From Rhodosorus marinus CCMP1338 (Eukaryota > Plantae > Rhodophyta): a stretch of 64,000 nucleotides of DNA. The stretch is taken from contig JAMWBK010000006.1 in the NCBI GenBank assembly GCA_029953675.1, forward strand, positions 806,001 to 870,000. Direction: 5' to 3'. How positions within the stretch are numbered: position 1 is the stretch's first letter; each line of letters opens with the position of its first letter. The position numbers and the translations under genes are program-made. The notes beneath the pieces are model-generated. The model worked only from the letters and a program-made list of their open reading frames with translations, searched no databases and was not told where the DNA came from. This document shows positions 24,518 to 36,909 of this stretch, in pieces.

Positions 24518-25439
24518 TTAACAAGCGCCATACCGGCAGGGCTGGCCATAGGCGCCCACGGTCAGACGCCTTTTGATGACGTAGGAGTGTTTTTCGAAGT
24601 TGAAAACTACAACCGAACAGCTTGCGACCTTACGAGAGCAACGTCGTACGAGGAAGAAATGAAGAAAGAGCAGATACCTACTTGAAGAGATTATGTCGCC
24701 AACTACCCGGCTATACAGAGGGTTCAATTCTAATGAATCTGTGGTTCCCCGCAGGATATGATACGCCGTCATCGTTAGATCTTTGAACAGCGATTCGCAT
24801 GGCAACTGGGCACGCTTCTATCTCAAGCTATTGCGATAAGAGGTCCAGGTCTGGCCACCAGCGCGTTGCTTTTTAGAAACAAGCCATCAAACCAATCCGA
24901 CCAATTACTTCAGGGCACCCCCAATATGTTCCTCTGAGAATCTCGCACGGCAATTCTGCATTTGACCTCTTTTTCCATTCATTTGCAACAGCTGGATTCG
25001 AGGAAGGTTTCCAGACGCACTCAGCTTCAATTCTACACTTTCCGATATCGCTCCTCTAAGGTTTCAGGACTCTTTTGTATTACAGAAAATTGCGTGACCT
25101 ATCACAGACAACGCGATCGCCTCACCGAGTACGAGGATGTACGGCTTCATGTCCTGCTACAGTGGCTCCCTCTTCGCAGAATTCCGAGGACACCGGGTAT
25201 GGTTCATGGACGTGGCCCACGATTAGGAGTCGGCGATCTAGAAAGTCCACTTCGAACAGGTGGAACCTGAAAGGAAAACCACTTAACGGCGTTCTGTGCA
25301 AAAGTGTATAGTGTAGACATTGCAAGAGGGAAAGGAAAAGGGTAGAGAACAGGGACGTCTGTGGTTCTATGTATTCAATCAAGATACTGAGTCTACTACC
25401 TGTGTGTTCTTGGGAAGCATATTCATGACTGCATGACAT
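24518..25439 (-). CDS. Possible multi-exon hypothetical gene
   Basis: Open frames at 25122-25439, about 24910-25050 and 24518-24805 are separated by candidate GT-AG introns. No family recognised. Confidence 0.3.
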
Positions 25440-26797
25440 GATTGGCTACATGTTAACCAATCCAATTGAGAGAAACGAACATGTTCGGCAAGTTTAAGAC
25501 AGTATTCTTCTAAATTGATCTAGATATTCCTATATTGGTCTATATTTTGAACAACACCTCTTTTTGGATCCGCGGATGGGTTGGCATTGAATATTGTTCA
25601 TAAATAGGGCGATGCTCGGATGGAAGTCGTCCAGTGCAGCTTAGTGTTGATTGGATATGTGCTTACACATCCCTAATCAAAAGGATCAACGGACCCTGCC
25701 TTGTTTGTTCGAGATCAAGTCTTTTCCTAGGGCGACCGTCGGGCGATGCTTATGATGAAAGATTCAGTCGCGAGAAGGGTCTCCAACTCGAGCGGAGTAT
25801 TTGAAAACGAATAACCTGAGTGCTCGAACACCGCCCGGATGCCTCTTCGCTCACAAAGTCCACGGTTTGTATCCACAACCGGAGTTGGACCACTCTCCTC
25901 GTTGGCAACAAAAAGAAACTGTGAATATTTACCAGAAAACCATCAAAACTACCATTAGCATAAAACGACGGCAAGGTATAAGCTTTTCTCTCGGATTGAA
26001 AAATAGTACAAATTGGAAACGACATCAGAAATCTAAACGAAAAGGGGGTAAAATTAACACTATCAGTTAACCCTGACCCGTCACAGCCATATCACAACGA
26101 GGGCGCGTCTAATTTGTATCTAATTATTCTAAAATATGAAACCCTCTAGTTGGTCTAATTATTTGAGCAAAAGCAATAACAGCCGGAGATCTTCGCATGG
26201 CCAATGCATCCAAAAAAAAGGGCCGATCTCCGATTGGATACAAAATCAAAATTGGGAAAAATTGATCTCTTTAGTTTTTCCGATGAATCTAAGCAGTGGA
26301 GTTTTCATCCTGCACGTCGGAACTTCTGTCATGGCGGGTGAGCGGAAATTGCACTACTATCACACCAGGGGTTGGTCGACGACCAAATTTTTTCATGATT
26401 GCGACCCTCCCGAACCTTTCAACTTAAAAAGAAAACATATATGTTTTAAGGAAATTTAATTAAAAGAAAATTTTCATGTCAGGTTTAAATAAGGGTGGGG
26501 ATGGCCATGGATTGAGCGCGAGTTTTTATCGGAGTGAAAGGCGAGGGGGGAGGGGTTTCACGAGCATGAGAGTAAGAGCGGAAGGAGGCATTGTGAAAAG
26601 CGCGGGTAGTTTTTTTGGTCGGAGAGGTTTGGGATAAGGCACCTGAGGGAAAGCGGGAGGTAGGGTTGTTGGGGGAGAGACTAGGAGCCGCGAATTAGGG
26701 TGGATCCGTTGAATTTTGTTGTTGCGAAGAAACATAGGATCAGATCTAACGGAGGTAGGGGGCAGAGGGGATTATAGATCGTGGAACTTGTTAGACG

Positions 26798-27919
26798 ATG
26801 GTCGGGTTCACGGGTTTGTCAGGGGCTCCTATCACGCGGGATTCCCGGGTGCTCGTGAGTCGGGATGGCAAGAGGACTGTGCTCAGGACGGCTGGTGGAT
26901 GGAAGCTGTATGATTTGGAGTTGGCTCTGTTGAATGCGGAAGCTGAGCGACAGCTTATAGAGAGTCAAATTGGGACGAATATGGTCAAGAGAGAGGCTCG
27001 AAATACTGCCATAACTACTCCGAAGAGAAGTAATGCACATCTATCGTGGATACCGCAGCAGCGGTCTAAGTTAGATACCCTCAAGAGACCGCCCCCCAAT
27101 ATCCTTGGCCAGACTGGTGCATATCAGCCCACATCCGGTGGGGCTTCGCGAGATCCGAGCAACAAACCGGCAACCTTTTTCGATTATCAGGTTAAGGAGG
27201 CGCCGATATCAACGGCGAAGACGAAGGCGACTAAGACACCGCCGGAGAAACCGCCAACATTCTACGACTATCAACCGAGCACGGTGTCGACGCCACCGCC
27301 GAAGGCCTCTAAGACACCGCTCGTGTCCAAACCCCCTTCATTTTACGAATATAAGAGAAAATCGTACGGCGAGGCTCCGACCCCGAAACCTCCCGTGGAG
27401 CCGCCGAAACAAAGGTTTAGCTTTCCGTTTGGTATTAAGAAGGAGGTTTCTTGGAGCTCGAACACACCGCGTGCTGAGAAAAAGAAGGAGGTTGCTAAGA
27501 GCCCACCTATTCCTGAGAAACCGAAGGTTGAGGCGAAGGCACCGCCACCTCCGCCACCTCCGCCACCTCCGACAGTTCCTAAAGCTCAGACTAGGACCGA
27601 GAGTGTCTCAAAGCCTGCTGTCAGTGAGGCACCGGAGAAGAAAGTGAGCACCGGTCCATCCGTCACCGAAGGACTTCAGGATACTGAGCTAGCAAAGAAG
27701 ACCAAGGCGGTAAAGAAAGTCGTTAAAACGGTCAAGAAGAAAGTTAAGAAAGCCGATGCAGGCGAGAAGAGCGAACCCGTGAAGAAGGTTGTGAAAACCG
27801 TGAGGAAGACAGTTAAGAAGGCTGAGAAGGATGGAACAGGAAAGAAGGTAGTGAAAAACTTGGCTGAAACTGAGCCGGTGACTCCACCGAAGGAAGGTTC
27901 AGAGGAGGTCAGCTCCTAG
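26798..27919 (+). CDS. Orphan Pro/Lys-rich protein, 373 aa, with a possible plastid leader and three KPxxF[FY][DE]Y repeats
   Basis: Long uninterrupted ORF starting MVGFTGLSG; poly-Pro tract; KKVVKTV repeats near the C-terminus. Confidence 0.75.
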   Translation: MVGFTGLSGAPITRDSRVLVSRDGKRTVLRTAGGWKLYDLELALLNAEAERQLIESQIGTNMVKREARNTAITTPKRSNAHLSWIPQQRSKLDTLKRPPPNILGQTGAYQPTSGGASRDPSNKPATFFDYQVKEAPISTAKTKATKTPPEKPPTFYDYQPSTVSTPPPKASKTPLVSKPPSFYEYKRKSYGEAPTPKPPVEPPKQRFSFPFGIKKEVSWSSNTPRAEKKKEVAKSPPIPEKPKVEAKAPPPPPPPPPPTVPKAQTRTESVSKPAVSEAPEKKVSTGPSVTEGLQDTELAKKTKAVKKVVKTVKKKVKKADAGEKSEPVKKVVKTVRKTVKKAEKDGTGKKVVKNLAETEPVTPPKEGSEEVSS

Positions 27920-28739
27920 GGAGCTGATGTTGACGATTCACGGACGCAAACGTAATCCAATTTCGACCACTTGCAACCGAGCTTTTTGAAGCCGAAGTTA
28001 GGAAGCGCTCCGGGCTAAAGGGAGCGCAACCGTAAATAGAGATGGATTTCCAAGGCTCATGGGGATCTACTGCATGATTTGGGCACAACGGTCAGGGAAG
28101 ATGCAAGGCTAGGTAGGCACTGATGACGAACTGGAGCAAGGTGAAAAGGATCTTGGACAGAAGTACCAGCATGGGCAGCAATTTTCACACCTTTACATTC
28201 CACAAGTGGACGCGCGTGCAGGTGATCCTACCGTGAGCGTGATCCCAGTGGCGGAAATGTACAGAAACGAATGCGTGTGGGAGGAGGGCGAGACTGAGGA
28301 TACGACAGTCCCCGTCCACATTTAGCAAACTACTCAGACTCCAATAAATGGGATGCCTATTTTACTAAAATTTCCTGAAAGAATGTGTGTAGATTTCGAA
28401 ACTAAAGAGGCTTTTTTTGCCACCTTTGTTTAAGCTTGGGGTGCCAAGGCAGATTGAGGCTACATGAGCGGCTAGATTTTGGCGCTGAGAGCGCACTCTT
28501 GCCCGCTGGGTTTTGTCTTTTGGGCACTGCGGCCACTATCTAGGGCGCCATGCTATAGGAAGGCACCTCGTACTCGGGAGTATGAATTTGCATGCCGAAC
28601 TCCGCCGAACAGTATCGGAGTACGTTCGAGCACAAACCTTCATATACAGAGCTCCTATTGGCTCGTTTTCAGAGTTGGCAATGTCTACCTCATACCTGCT
28701 AGAAATTTGTTTGCGGCGGACCCGGCATGGCCTGTGGAT

Positions 28740-29758
28740 CCAATGGTTATGCAGCTTTCAGAGATGTTGAGGTATGCGCCTGCAAAACGACAAAATTACA
28801 GCTTGAGGTAGCTCAAACTGGAGCTTGTTGAACACGAAATATACCACAACATTTCCACAATTCTGTCTAGTTCATATGCGTAGACAGAACCCAGCACCTG
28901 GCGTGGAAGGTTGCCCATCACCAAACAGTCAGATCAAGGTGCTGTGGCGGACACAACAATCATCTCACTCCATCAGTAATTCCGAGCACACTTGGTCCAA
29001 AAGCCTTTTTGCCGTACGCCGAACTGTACTAAGGAGTACGATCAGATATCAAATCCCGAAAAAGCTGTTGCACTTTTCAAACTGGTATAGGGGTGTTAAC
29101 CCCATACCAATCACTCGAAACTTTGCGTGCTGAGAGCTACCTGATCTCCACGCCAGTCAGTGCGAGTCGGTGTTATTGAGAAACGTCCTCGTCAGGTGCA
29201 CTCTTCATCGGCGCATCAGAGGGCAGACCAGGTCACCAAGACCCTTGCCGCACCCCTTGCATTGGAAGTGGGACGGCCGTACCTATGAATATGGTTTCGC
29301 GCTCAGCAACAAAACTTCCACCGAGAACTACGTAGTTGACGGCTGTTTATGCCTGCTCTAGGAGCGGCTATCCGGCGGCCTTCAGCGCAGCCACCAGCCT
29401 ATGAAGTAAACTAGCTAGAACAAACCATTTGCCTGGGGTTTCCATAGCCTTCATCGTTTTTCTTGCGTATTCTTAGCGCTACATCCGCAGCTGCAGCAAA
29501 CAGGAGAAACCTAACCTTGATCCGATCTGCATCTAAATCCGTCAATTGGAAACCAACCAGCTGGTCAGGGTCAATGCAAGTTGAATTGAGGCGGTTTGTC
29601 CCTAAGCCTTGACGTCGACTAGGCGTTTTGTCACCCACGAACTGCGAAAAGCGGAGACGGTTCAAACTTCTACTCATGAACATCCGGCCGTGCTCCCGCC
29701 ACTGCAATACCCGAAGGACACCTTGCACGAAAAAGAAAGTGCAAACGGGTCGGTCCAA
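28740..29758 (-). CDS. Possible multi-exon hypothetical gene
   Basis: Short protein-like exons (e.g. YSSAYGKKAFGPSVLGITDG, VLGSVYAYELDRIVEMLW) are bounded by GT/AG. The full model is not resolved. Confidence 0.3.
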
Positions 29759-31817
29759 TCGCTAAAAGAAACCGCAGGAGCGTGTCCCTGCGTGGCACAG
29801 TTGGGACGAAAGGGATCCAAAAGCTTTGGCGCTCAGATCCAGTCACTACAAGTCGACACGCGAACCGTGTGTATACGAAGATGCCCCTGCTTCGCATCTT
29901 GATGCTTCCCGAAGACTAGCCATCCAACAAGGCTCTTCCGCGCAACAAAAAAAAAAAATGCTGGGGTTGTTCAGTACCTTGCAAAGACTGCTTCACCAGC
30001 AACTCACCAGCCTTCCCTTCCCAGCCCCCTTTCGGAAGACCACGCCTCGCCCCAAATAATGAATAATGTACATAATAAGAAATGCTTTATACGAACAACA
30101 AAAAATTCTAGGGGGGGCTTTTTTCGTAATGAGCTTCTCTTTACACACGAAAATTTTTGACAACCAAACAACCCCCCCCGTCGTTGTCACTAAGAACATT
30201 GACTTGATTAACGGTTATTCTTTGAGATTACATGTTCTGTTCTGCACGTTGATACCTATCAGAACATATCATACAGCGTTCTAAAATAATGAATAAAATT
30301 ACTCGGTTTTCTCGTCGGGGGTGCTAAAAAAGTTGAATTCAATTCTATTCCCCAATATCATTTTCCCTCAACACCCCACCCCTACGATGTAGACGATCAA
30401 GTCACCCGATCGTTCTTCCAAAATTGATTCTTTTTCAAGATATTTGTAGATATGACTATAACTTTAATACATCTACCTCCCCCTCCTATCCCCTCCTAGC
30501 TCCGCCGTCTTTCGAGTAGATCGTACAAAAAAATCCCGCCGCTCACCCATTTGTTTTTATTATTATTCAATTGTCCTTCTCCGATCATATATTTTATTGG
30601 CTACGAGCCAAGGTGGTCATTTATCCAAAAAAAACACCTCCGAAATCTGATATGAAATTTTTTTTTTGGAGAGACGGCTTTTACGTCAGACATAGAACTC
30701 TTCGAGTTCCTGAATTATATAAATATATCTAATTTTTTAAAGCCAACCATGTTCAGCCAATAAATTTCAGTTTGCTTCCAAAAAACGAATAATGCACAAC
30801 CTTCCCCCCCTCCCCCCTTCCCCTTTCTCCCTTCTTCTTTCAATCACTAGATAATGAACTACGATTAAAAAAACCAGCATATGGTTCGCTGAGCAGTTCG
30901 GAGAACCCGACCACACAACGGACCAATGAAAAGGCAACCCCCCCAAAAAAGTATTACAGCCAAACGCTAAAACGGTCTCTTCCCAAAGATTAAAACGATA
31001 CACAACTAAAACATACTCTATAAATTTTTTTACTTTATTCAAACATATTGTTTCCGGATATAGGGCGAAAGCACTGGCCGTGCATGGAAAACTTTTCACA
31101 ACTCCACAAAAAAAAAGGAAAAGAAAAAGGACCCATGTGACACGTGCTAGATATAGATTGGACATTCACATTCCCCCGGGGCGCATCTCTATTTCCTTCT
31201 TAAATATAGAGACAAACAATATTTATGCAACGAAAGGACGCGTGGAATATGATTATTGGATATCATTGCGATAGTATATTAAATTGACTGTCTCTTATCA
31301 TATTGCCGTGGGCTGCATCTTTGCTAAGTTTTGTGAGCATGAGAGTGGTTGCGTATGGGGATAGTTTTTCATTGAAAAAAAGAAAAAATAGATAGGTTAT
31401 TGGCAAAGAGTTTTTCTTTGTGCAGGGAAAGGGGAATTGTGGAAGAGGGGGAGGATTTGGGGAAAAGGGGGGGAATGTGGAGTCTTGTGGTATTTCTGCA
31501 TGCGCTGTACTTCCGTTTTGAGAGGATTTGTTTAACAAGGGGAATGAGCCAAGGGTGGGGATGTGCAGATTTAGGTTTGGGATGTAGTACACAGGATGTG
31601 AGTAACGCCTAGACTATATGTATATATAGTGTGGAGTTTTGGAGAGGACAACTTCTTTCTCTCGGGCGGGGAGGGTTGGGTTGAGGAGAGCTTGTTATCA
31701 TTTGTTCTTCTGTTGTAAAAGAGTTATTGATTGATTCTTGTTGTCGTTGTTTGTTTTGGTTTTACGCGGTGCGAGGATTGTCTTGTTGTGTAGCAGACAC
31801 TCAGCTATTGGATCGAG

Positions 31818-32442
31818 ATGGTGCAGCGAGCGTTGGTGCTTGGGAAGGAGGCGCCGTACTTTGCGGGGCCTTGTTCCACTGGAAAAGTCTTGAGGAGCAC
31901 GGATTATTTCGGCAAGGTGCCGTTGGTGCTGTTCTTCATGCCCAGTTTTGACGCGCAGGCGATTAGGACGGCGAAGCTGTTTAACGCGGAGTTCTCAGAT
32001 TTCAGAAAGAGGCGAACGATTGGTACGTATATTGCTGAGCAACTGCGATTGCGTCGTTCCCCCCCTGAACCCATAGGAGCCAGGGAGTAGTGCTTCCCGG
32101 AGTGGCATGTTTCACCAAGACTAACAGCTCACTTGTACCTTCTTTTTAAATACAGTACTTGGAGTTTCTCCCGCCAAGCCTGAGATTCTGAAACGCTTCA
32201 GAGAAGCCTACCACATTGCGTTTGAGATCATCCATGATGATGGTGGCGTTATGTTCGAGACATTCAAATGTCACGGATTGCTGGGGCGGCCTGTGGGGCA
32301 CACGTTTATTATTTCCGCCGACGGTGTTCTTGAAGCGATCAACAAATCTGGAAACTACAAGAAGCACGTCAGCGACGCTAAGAAACATCTCCCGGAGAGC
32401 AACTCTTACAAGCTGAAGACGTCGGACGGTTTCTTTGACTAG
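31818..32442 (+). CDS. PrxQ/BCP-fold (AhpC/TSA) protein lacking the peroxidatic Cys, about 163 aa, 2 exons
   Basis: LGKEAPYFAG...STDYFGKVPLVLFFMP...-VLGVSP...LKRFREAY.IAFEIIHDDGG...HTFIISADG follows the BCP layout; intron 32023-32155. Confidence 0.75.
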
Positions 32443-32551
32443 CTTGAAAGTTGTTTTTATTCAAACTATTTATTTTTCGAGTTAAATCATAAGTGGCGAG
32501 GCAACGTCCTCTCCATGGGTGATAGAGTATGCGAACTATAAAGGAGCACAA

Positions 32552-33510
32552 TCAATCGGTCTCAGACAATCCCTCAACCTTGCCCCACGTAAGCGTGCTA
32601 TATTGAGTCGCTCTCGACTGGATGTTCTTCAATCGAGTCCTCAACAAGCTCTGCTTCTTACCGTAACAAGTCACACCAAACCTCGTGGAACCAACAATAT
32701 GAGGGACCCTTTCCATACTCGATCCTGTTTGAACCGTCCAAGGAGTCTTGCTTTGCGACAAACAAAAAACATGTTGCCGGGTGTTAAGAATACCAGCAGG
32801 CACTTTTAGAAAGCAAACGTTGACCTGGAGGTGTGAACCTGAGAAGAGGTCGCTTCCAACCTTCTCGATGCACAACGCGTCTCAGTTTCAAATGGAAAAT
32901 TATATGTGCAGTTCGAGACCTGCTTGCTCAGTGTTAGTCTTGCGGATTTGTCACCGAAAGAGCCGTGGATCAGCCAGCCATAGCTTAATCAGAGCATAGG
33001 TGCCCGGGCGAAAAGTTCGAGGTGGGCGGTGGCGATTCCAGTAATGCTCCCACTATGAGCGAACGCAGACCTCAGCGTGAATCCATTCCTTTGCTTGTAG
33101 TGAACTCTCGAGGTGACAGGGAAACCTTTCAGACGACCGGGAAAGACGCAGTAGCCAGAGCACCGATCCAGAGGCACAGTTATGCTCGACGAACCATCGT
33201 GAGTACGTGCCGGCTCAACTAGATTCAAAAGAAAAACTGGTGCATTCAAGCCGATGCCCTGGCGGATCTGTCCATTCTCGGGGGGGGGGGGAGTTTGTCA
33301 ACGAGCGCCGTCATCTCCCTCCGTTCTTTTTGCACTTGTTCACATTTGTCGGTCCTTTGTCTCAGAACTCTGTAGCGCAAGAGCACAGACACCCTCCCAA
33401 CTTACAGGAATGACAAGGCTGAGGCTGAACAAGTAGCGAAGACGAGCACGCCGAAGCCGGACAGAACCGAACCGGAACGAGCTGTTGTTGCAGAGTCTTG
33501 ATCAGTTCTG
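32552..33510 (-). CDS. Possible multi-exon hypothetical gene
   Basis: ORFs 32552-32875 and 32989-33249, with a GTAAGT donor near 33410. Unresolved. Confidence 0.2.
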
Positions 33511-34422
33511 ACATTTTCCGACGTGCACCAGTGTATTCTTATTTACGTGCAGAAATTTTATTGTGAATATTGATCCGAGCCTGCAGAGGGGAACCTTCTC
33601 AGGCTAGCAGCTACTTTGTAAATACGAAGAGAAGAACACCCTCCCAATCGCTCGGGTCAGACGACAGAGCGCAGAGGAAGGCCCTTCGTTTGGCGACTTC
33701 CTTTGCCCTCAAAAGATACAGCGAAATATATTACTCATGACATGCCTGCTTCCCATCAATCCGGTTGTCGGAACCGGATTGACCTGTACAATCTCCAGTT
33801 GACCGAGACCGGAAAGAACACCCCTGGGGTTGAAACATCATGAACATTACATGCCTCAATTCAGTGTAACCAGCCGTTTATTCATAGAGTGGTAGAAACC
33901 GGGGACCTAATCTGCCAACGCACTTCGTTTCGCTCCAAACAATAACATTCTTACTTCGCTTTGTAAATAGCGATGGTCGTTCCACTAACCGTATCCAGCT
34001 GCTGATAAAGCTCTTCTTTGTTTCCGGAATACATGACAACATCGTCTAAAGAAAACTGATGAACACTTGCGCAGCGAAAGAGGAAGAAGTTCGCATTCAG
34101 TAGTCGCACAAGTGCGGTGGGTGCATTTAGTCAGTCCGACGGAACGCCCTGACCAGAAAGGGGTCAACCCTTCTCTGGAAAGGACGCAAACTGAGATGAA
34201 GATGATTCCGAATGAAGATAAGATACTTTCGGGATTGAGCGAAAGAATTGAAATGCTGTTCAGTAGCAACTGCTACATTAAGGGTTCAAAACTTAACGAC
34301 TATTCCCCTTGAAAATAGGGAAAGCATTTGGTTTTTAAACTGTATCTAAGGAAGACTGATCCATTCACGTATAGACGTCCTCCTTAACTCTCCAAGAGCC
34401 TGTTTCAGAGCTGATATGATAT

Positions 34423-34975
34423 TCAGGGTTTTCTGTTCACAAAATTGGGGTCCCCCCAAACGTATCCCGGGAACAACAGTTCTTTATTGAATTTGTTTGA
34501 TCGGAGACTGAAAGAAAAAGCAAACTCCGACGGGAAAAAAAAGAGAGGCGAAGCGCAGCGAAGATCGCGCGCCTCCATCATCAAAGCAGCGTTCATACGC
34601 CACCATAAAGAAACTTAAACGGGTAAACAACGGGGACAGACGGGTCAGTGCGTTCGCGGAACAATTCCCGAAGCCAACGAGAACCAACGGAATCCAGAAA
34701 CCCCAAGCACTCAATGACCAGAGGTCTACCAGGCGGTGAGCTAGAGCCGAAACCGAATGCCTGTGGAAGACAAAGCCTTTATTGATGCCTGAGCACACTA
34801 TAATTGATCAAGTGCTCGATCCGGTTTCTACACCATTGCGACGAGGACGGACGATCCAGATCAAGCAGGATACAATTGTCTACGTTACTCCATACCGGTT
34901 GTCTACTTGTTACGTACGATACTGCTCTACTCCCGCAGTACCCGTTCAAATCGCGAATGGCCTCCGCGGCCAACA
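34423..34975 (-). CDS. Possible small spliced hypothetical gene
   Basis: Exon about 34600-34760 reads AFGFGSSSPPGRPLVIECLGFLDSVGSRWLRELFRERTDPSVPVVYPF; a putative last exon reads RSNKFNKELLFPGYVWGDPNFVNRKP*. Confidence 0.35.
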
Positions 34976-35727
34976 TTTTCAAAAGCCCTGGAACCACCGT
35001 ATCTAGATGGTTCTTGGTTTGGTGGTTCTAGAGCGCGGATCTGTGGTGTGACTCATGCAGGCCACTTGTTAGGACTCTAGAACCCAGCTTCGCTTTACTC
35101 AGACTCCGATGTAAAACCAAGGTCAGGTCGACCTTAAGTAGACAAATAGACACAGACTAGGGACTAGCTTACATGTCTAGGACGAAAAGGCTGACATCAT
35201 GTAGATGGCTGTCCTAGGGAAAACATAGGGAAAAGTGTTGGATGGTGATGATATTGTAGGGTTGTGCCAAGTGGGTTGGGTTTGTTTGCCGAGTGGGTCG
35301 GGTTTTTAAGTGTTTACCCCTTCTAAACCCCCCTCTTTTCTCGGGTTTAACCATTTCTGGATCGTAAATAGCGAAAAACCCGACCCACTTGCGCCGCAAC
35401 CCTATGTATATTGCGCCCTTGGCATAGTTGGAGTGATTGGCAGGATAGCGTAGCTAGGATTATATCCGGTGGATATATAGTATACTGTAGATCTGAGGTA
35501 GAGTCATTGAGGGCCTCACAATAGGCCTCCGTGACATTGGCAGACGTTGATTAATAAGGCTAAGGTGGTGGGCTTCTGGGACCGGGAGCAGAACTTCAGG
35601 TGGGAGAGTCCGTCCCCCTTCCTTCGGGTGGGAGTGCCGCGCCCCGCTTTGTAGAGTTGCACGCACTGGAGAGCAAGTTGTTTGGAGATCAGGCGGGTTG
35701 CGATCACCAAGCTAGGCACCAGATACG

Positions 35728-36909
35728 ATGCATGTGGTAGTGGTTGGTGGAGGTATTGGTGCCTTGACGGCGGCACGTTTTCTAAGCAACGAAAAGAAGG
35801 ATGATTTGCGAGTAACGCTGATTAGTCCGAGGGATTACGTAGAGTATATTCCATCTGCGTTACAATGTATGGTGGATCCTTGGCATGTAGACAAGTCTAC
35901 GGCAGTGCTTGAGGACGTGGTGAGACGTTGCAAGGGTAGGTTGGAGTTTGTTCAGGATCAGGTCATCGGCATCGACGATGGCAAAGTTTCTCTCCGCTCG
36001 AACCGCGATATTGCTTATGACTGTTTGTTGATAGCCTCTGGTACTACGTACGATTCGCCGATCCATGCCGGCGGGAAGACGGTGGATGAACGGAAAGCTG
36101 AACTTGAGGAGTTCAAAGTACGACTGGATAAAAGTGAGCACGTGATGATCGCTGGAGGAGGTATCACCGGAGTTGAACTTGCCGCTGAAATTCGACAAAC
36201 CTATAAAGATAAGGAGGTGACTCTGGTAGCGAGATCTACGGGACTCATTCTAGACTGCGGGGCCAAAGCCAGTGGTTACGTTGAGAAGTGGTTCAGGAAA
36301 CACCGCGTGCGGGTTATCACCAATGCGAAAGCGATGCCGGCCTCCGACGGGACGGTACAGCTGTGGTCTGCTGACTCTGGCGAGGATACCGAGAAGCTCA
36401 AGGTGGATCTCTTCATTCCATGCTTCGGCGGAAAGCCTAATTCACAGTTCATGGACGAGCGCTACCTAGATAGAAGAGGGCGGATCGTAGTTGGTACGGA
36501 CCTAAGGGTGGAAGGGATGGGAGGCAGCGTATTTGCGATTGGGGACATTGCTAGCATATCGGGAGGACACGCCCTTTTCGCGGAGAAAACGGCGGAAGTA
36601 GCCTCGAGGAATATTCTTAACCTCAACCAGAACAAGCCCATGCTCAAGTATCCAATTTCGGCTTACAAGGTCCCGTATGAACTTACGGCAACCGCAGTAA
36701 GCCTTGGTAAATGGGATGGTATCGTGATCATGGGCCCGCTCCCGATCTCAGGGCTCTTGGCCGCTGGTATTAAGCATTTCATCGAATGGGCGTTTGTTCA
36801 ATTCCTCTCTGTGAAACGGTTGGGATTCATTTACGGAATCGTGCTCGGAGTCACGCTCCCGACCGTGCGCCTTCTGGACAAGCTGACTGGCAACGCTCCA
36901 TCGACTTAA
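35728..36909 (+). CDS. AIFM2/FSP1-like FAD-dependent NAD(P)H oxidoreductase (Pyr_redox_2), intronless, 393 aa
   Basis: VVVVGGGIGAL (FAD-binding), YDCLLIASG, VMIAGGGITGVELAAEI (NADH-binding), VFAIGDI; hydrophobic C-terminus. Confidence 0.88.
   Translation: MHVVVVGGGIGALTAARFLSNEKKDDLRVTLISPRDYVEYIPSALQCMVDPWHVDKSTAVLEDVVRRCKGRLEFVQDQVIGIDDGKVSLRSNRDIAYDCLLIASGTTYDSPIHAGGKTVDERKAELEEFKVRLDKSEHVMIAGGGITGVELAAEIRQTYKDKEVTLVARSTGLILDCGAKASGYVEKWFRKHRVRVITNAKAMPASDGTVQLWSADSGEDTEKLKVDLFIPCFGGKPNSQFMDERYLDRRGRIVVGTDLRVEGMGGSVFAIGDIASISGGHALFAEKTAEVASRNILNLNQNKPMLKYPISAYKVPYELTATAVSLGKWDGIVIMGPLPISGLLAAGIKHFIEWAFVQFLSVKRLGFIYGIVLGVTLPTVRLLDKLTGNAPST

Noticed and set aside
29328-29352. GC-AG intron
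   Set aside because: It would be only 25 nt, far below the other introns, and it depends on an uncertain frame.
29430-29490. ICL/PEP-mutase similarity from DEGYGNP
   Set aside because: Short motif only; the surrounding sequence lacks the family's other conserved segments.
34423-34507. NusG/RfaH similarity from LLFPGYV
   Set aside because: A five-residue match without the rest of the NGN domain is insufficient.
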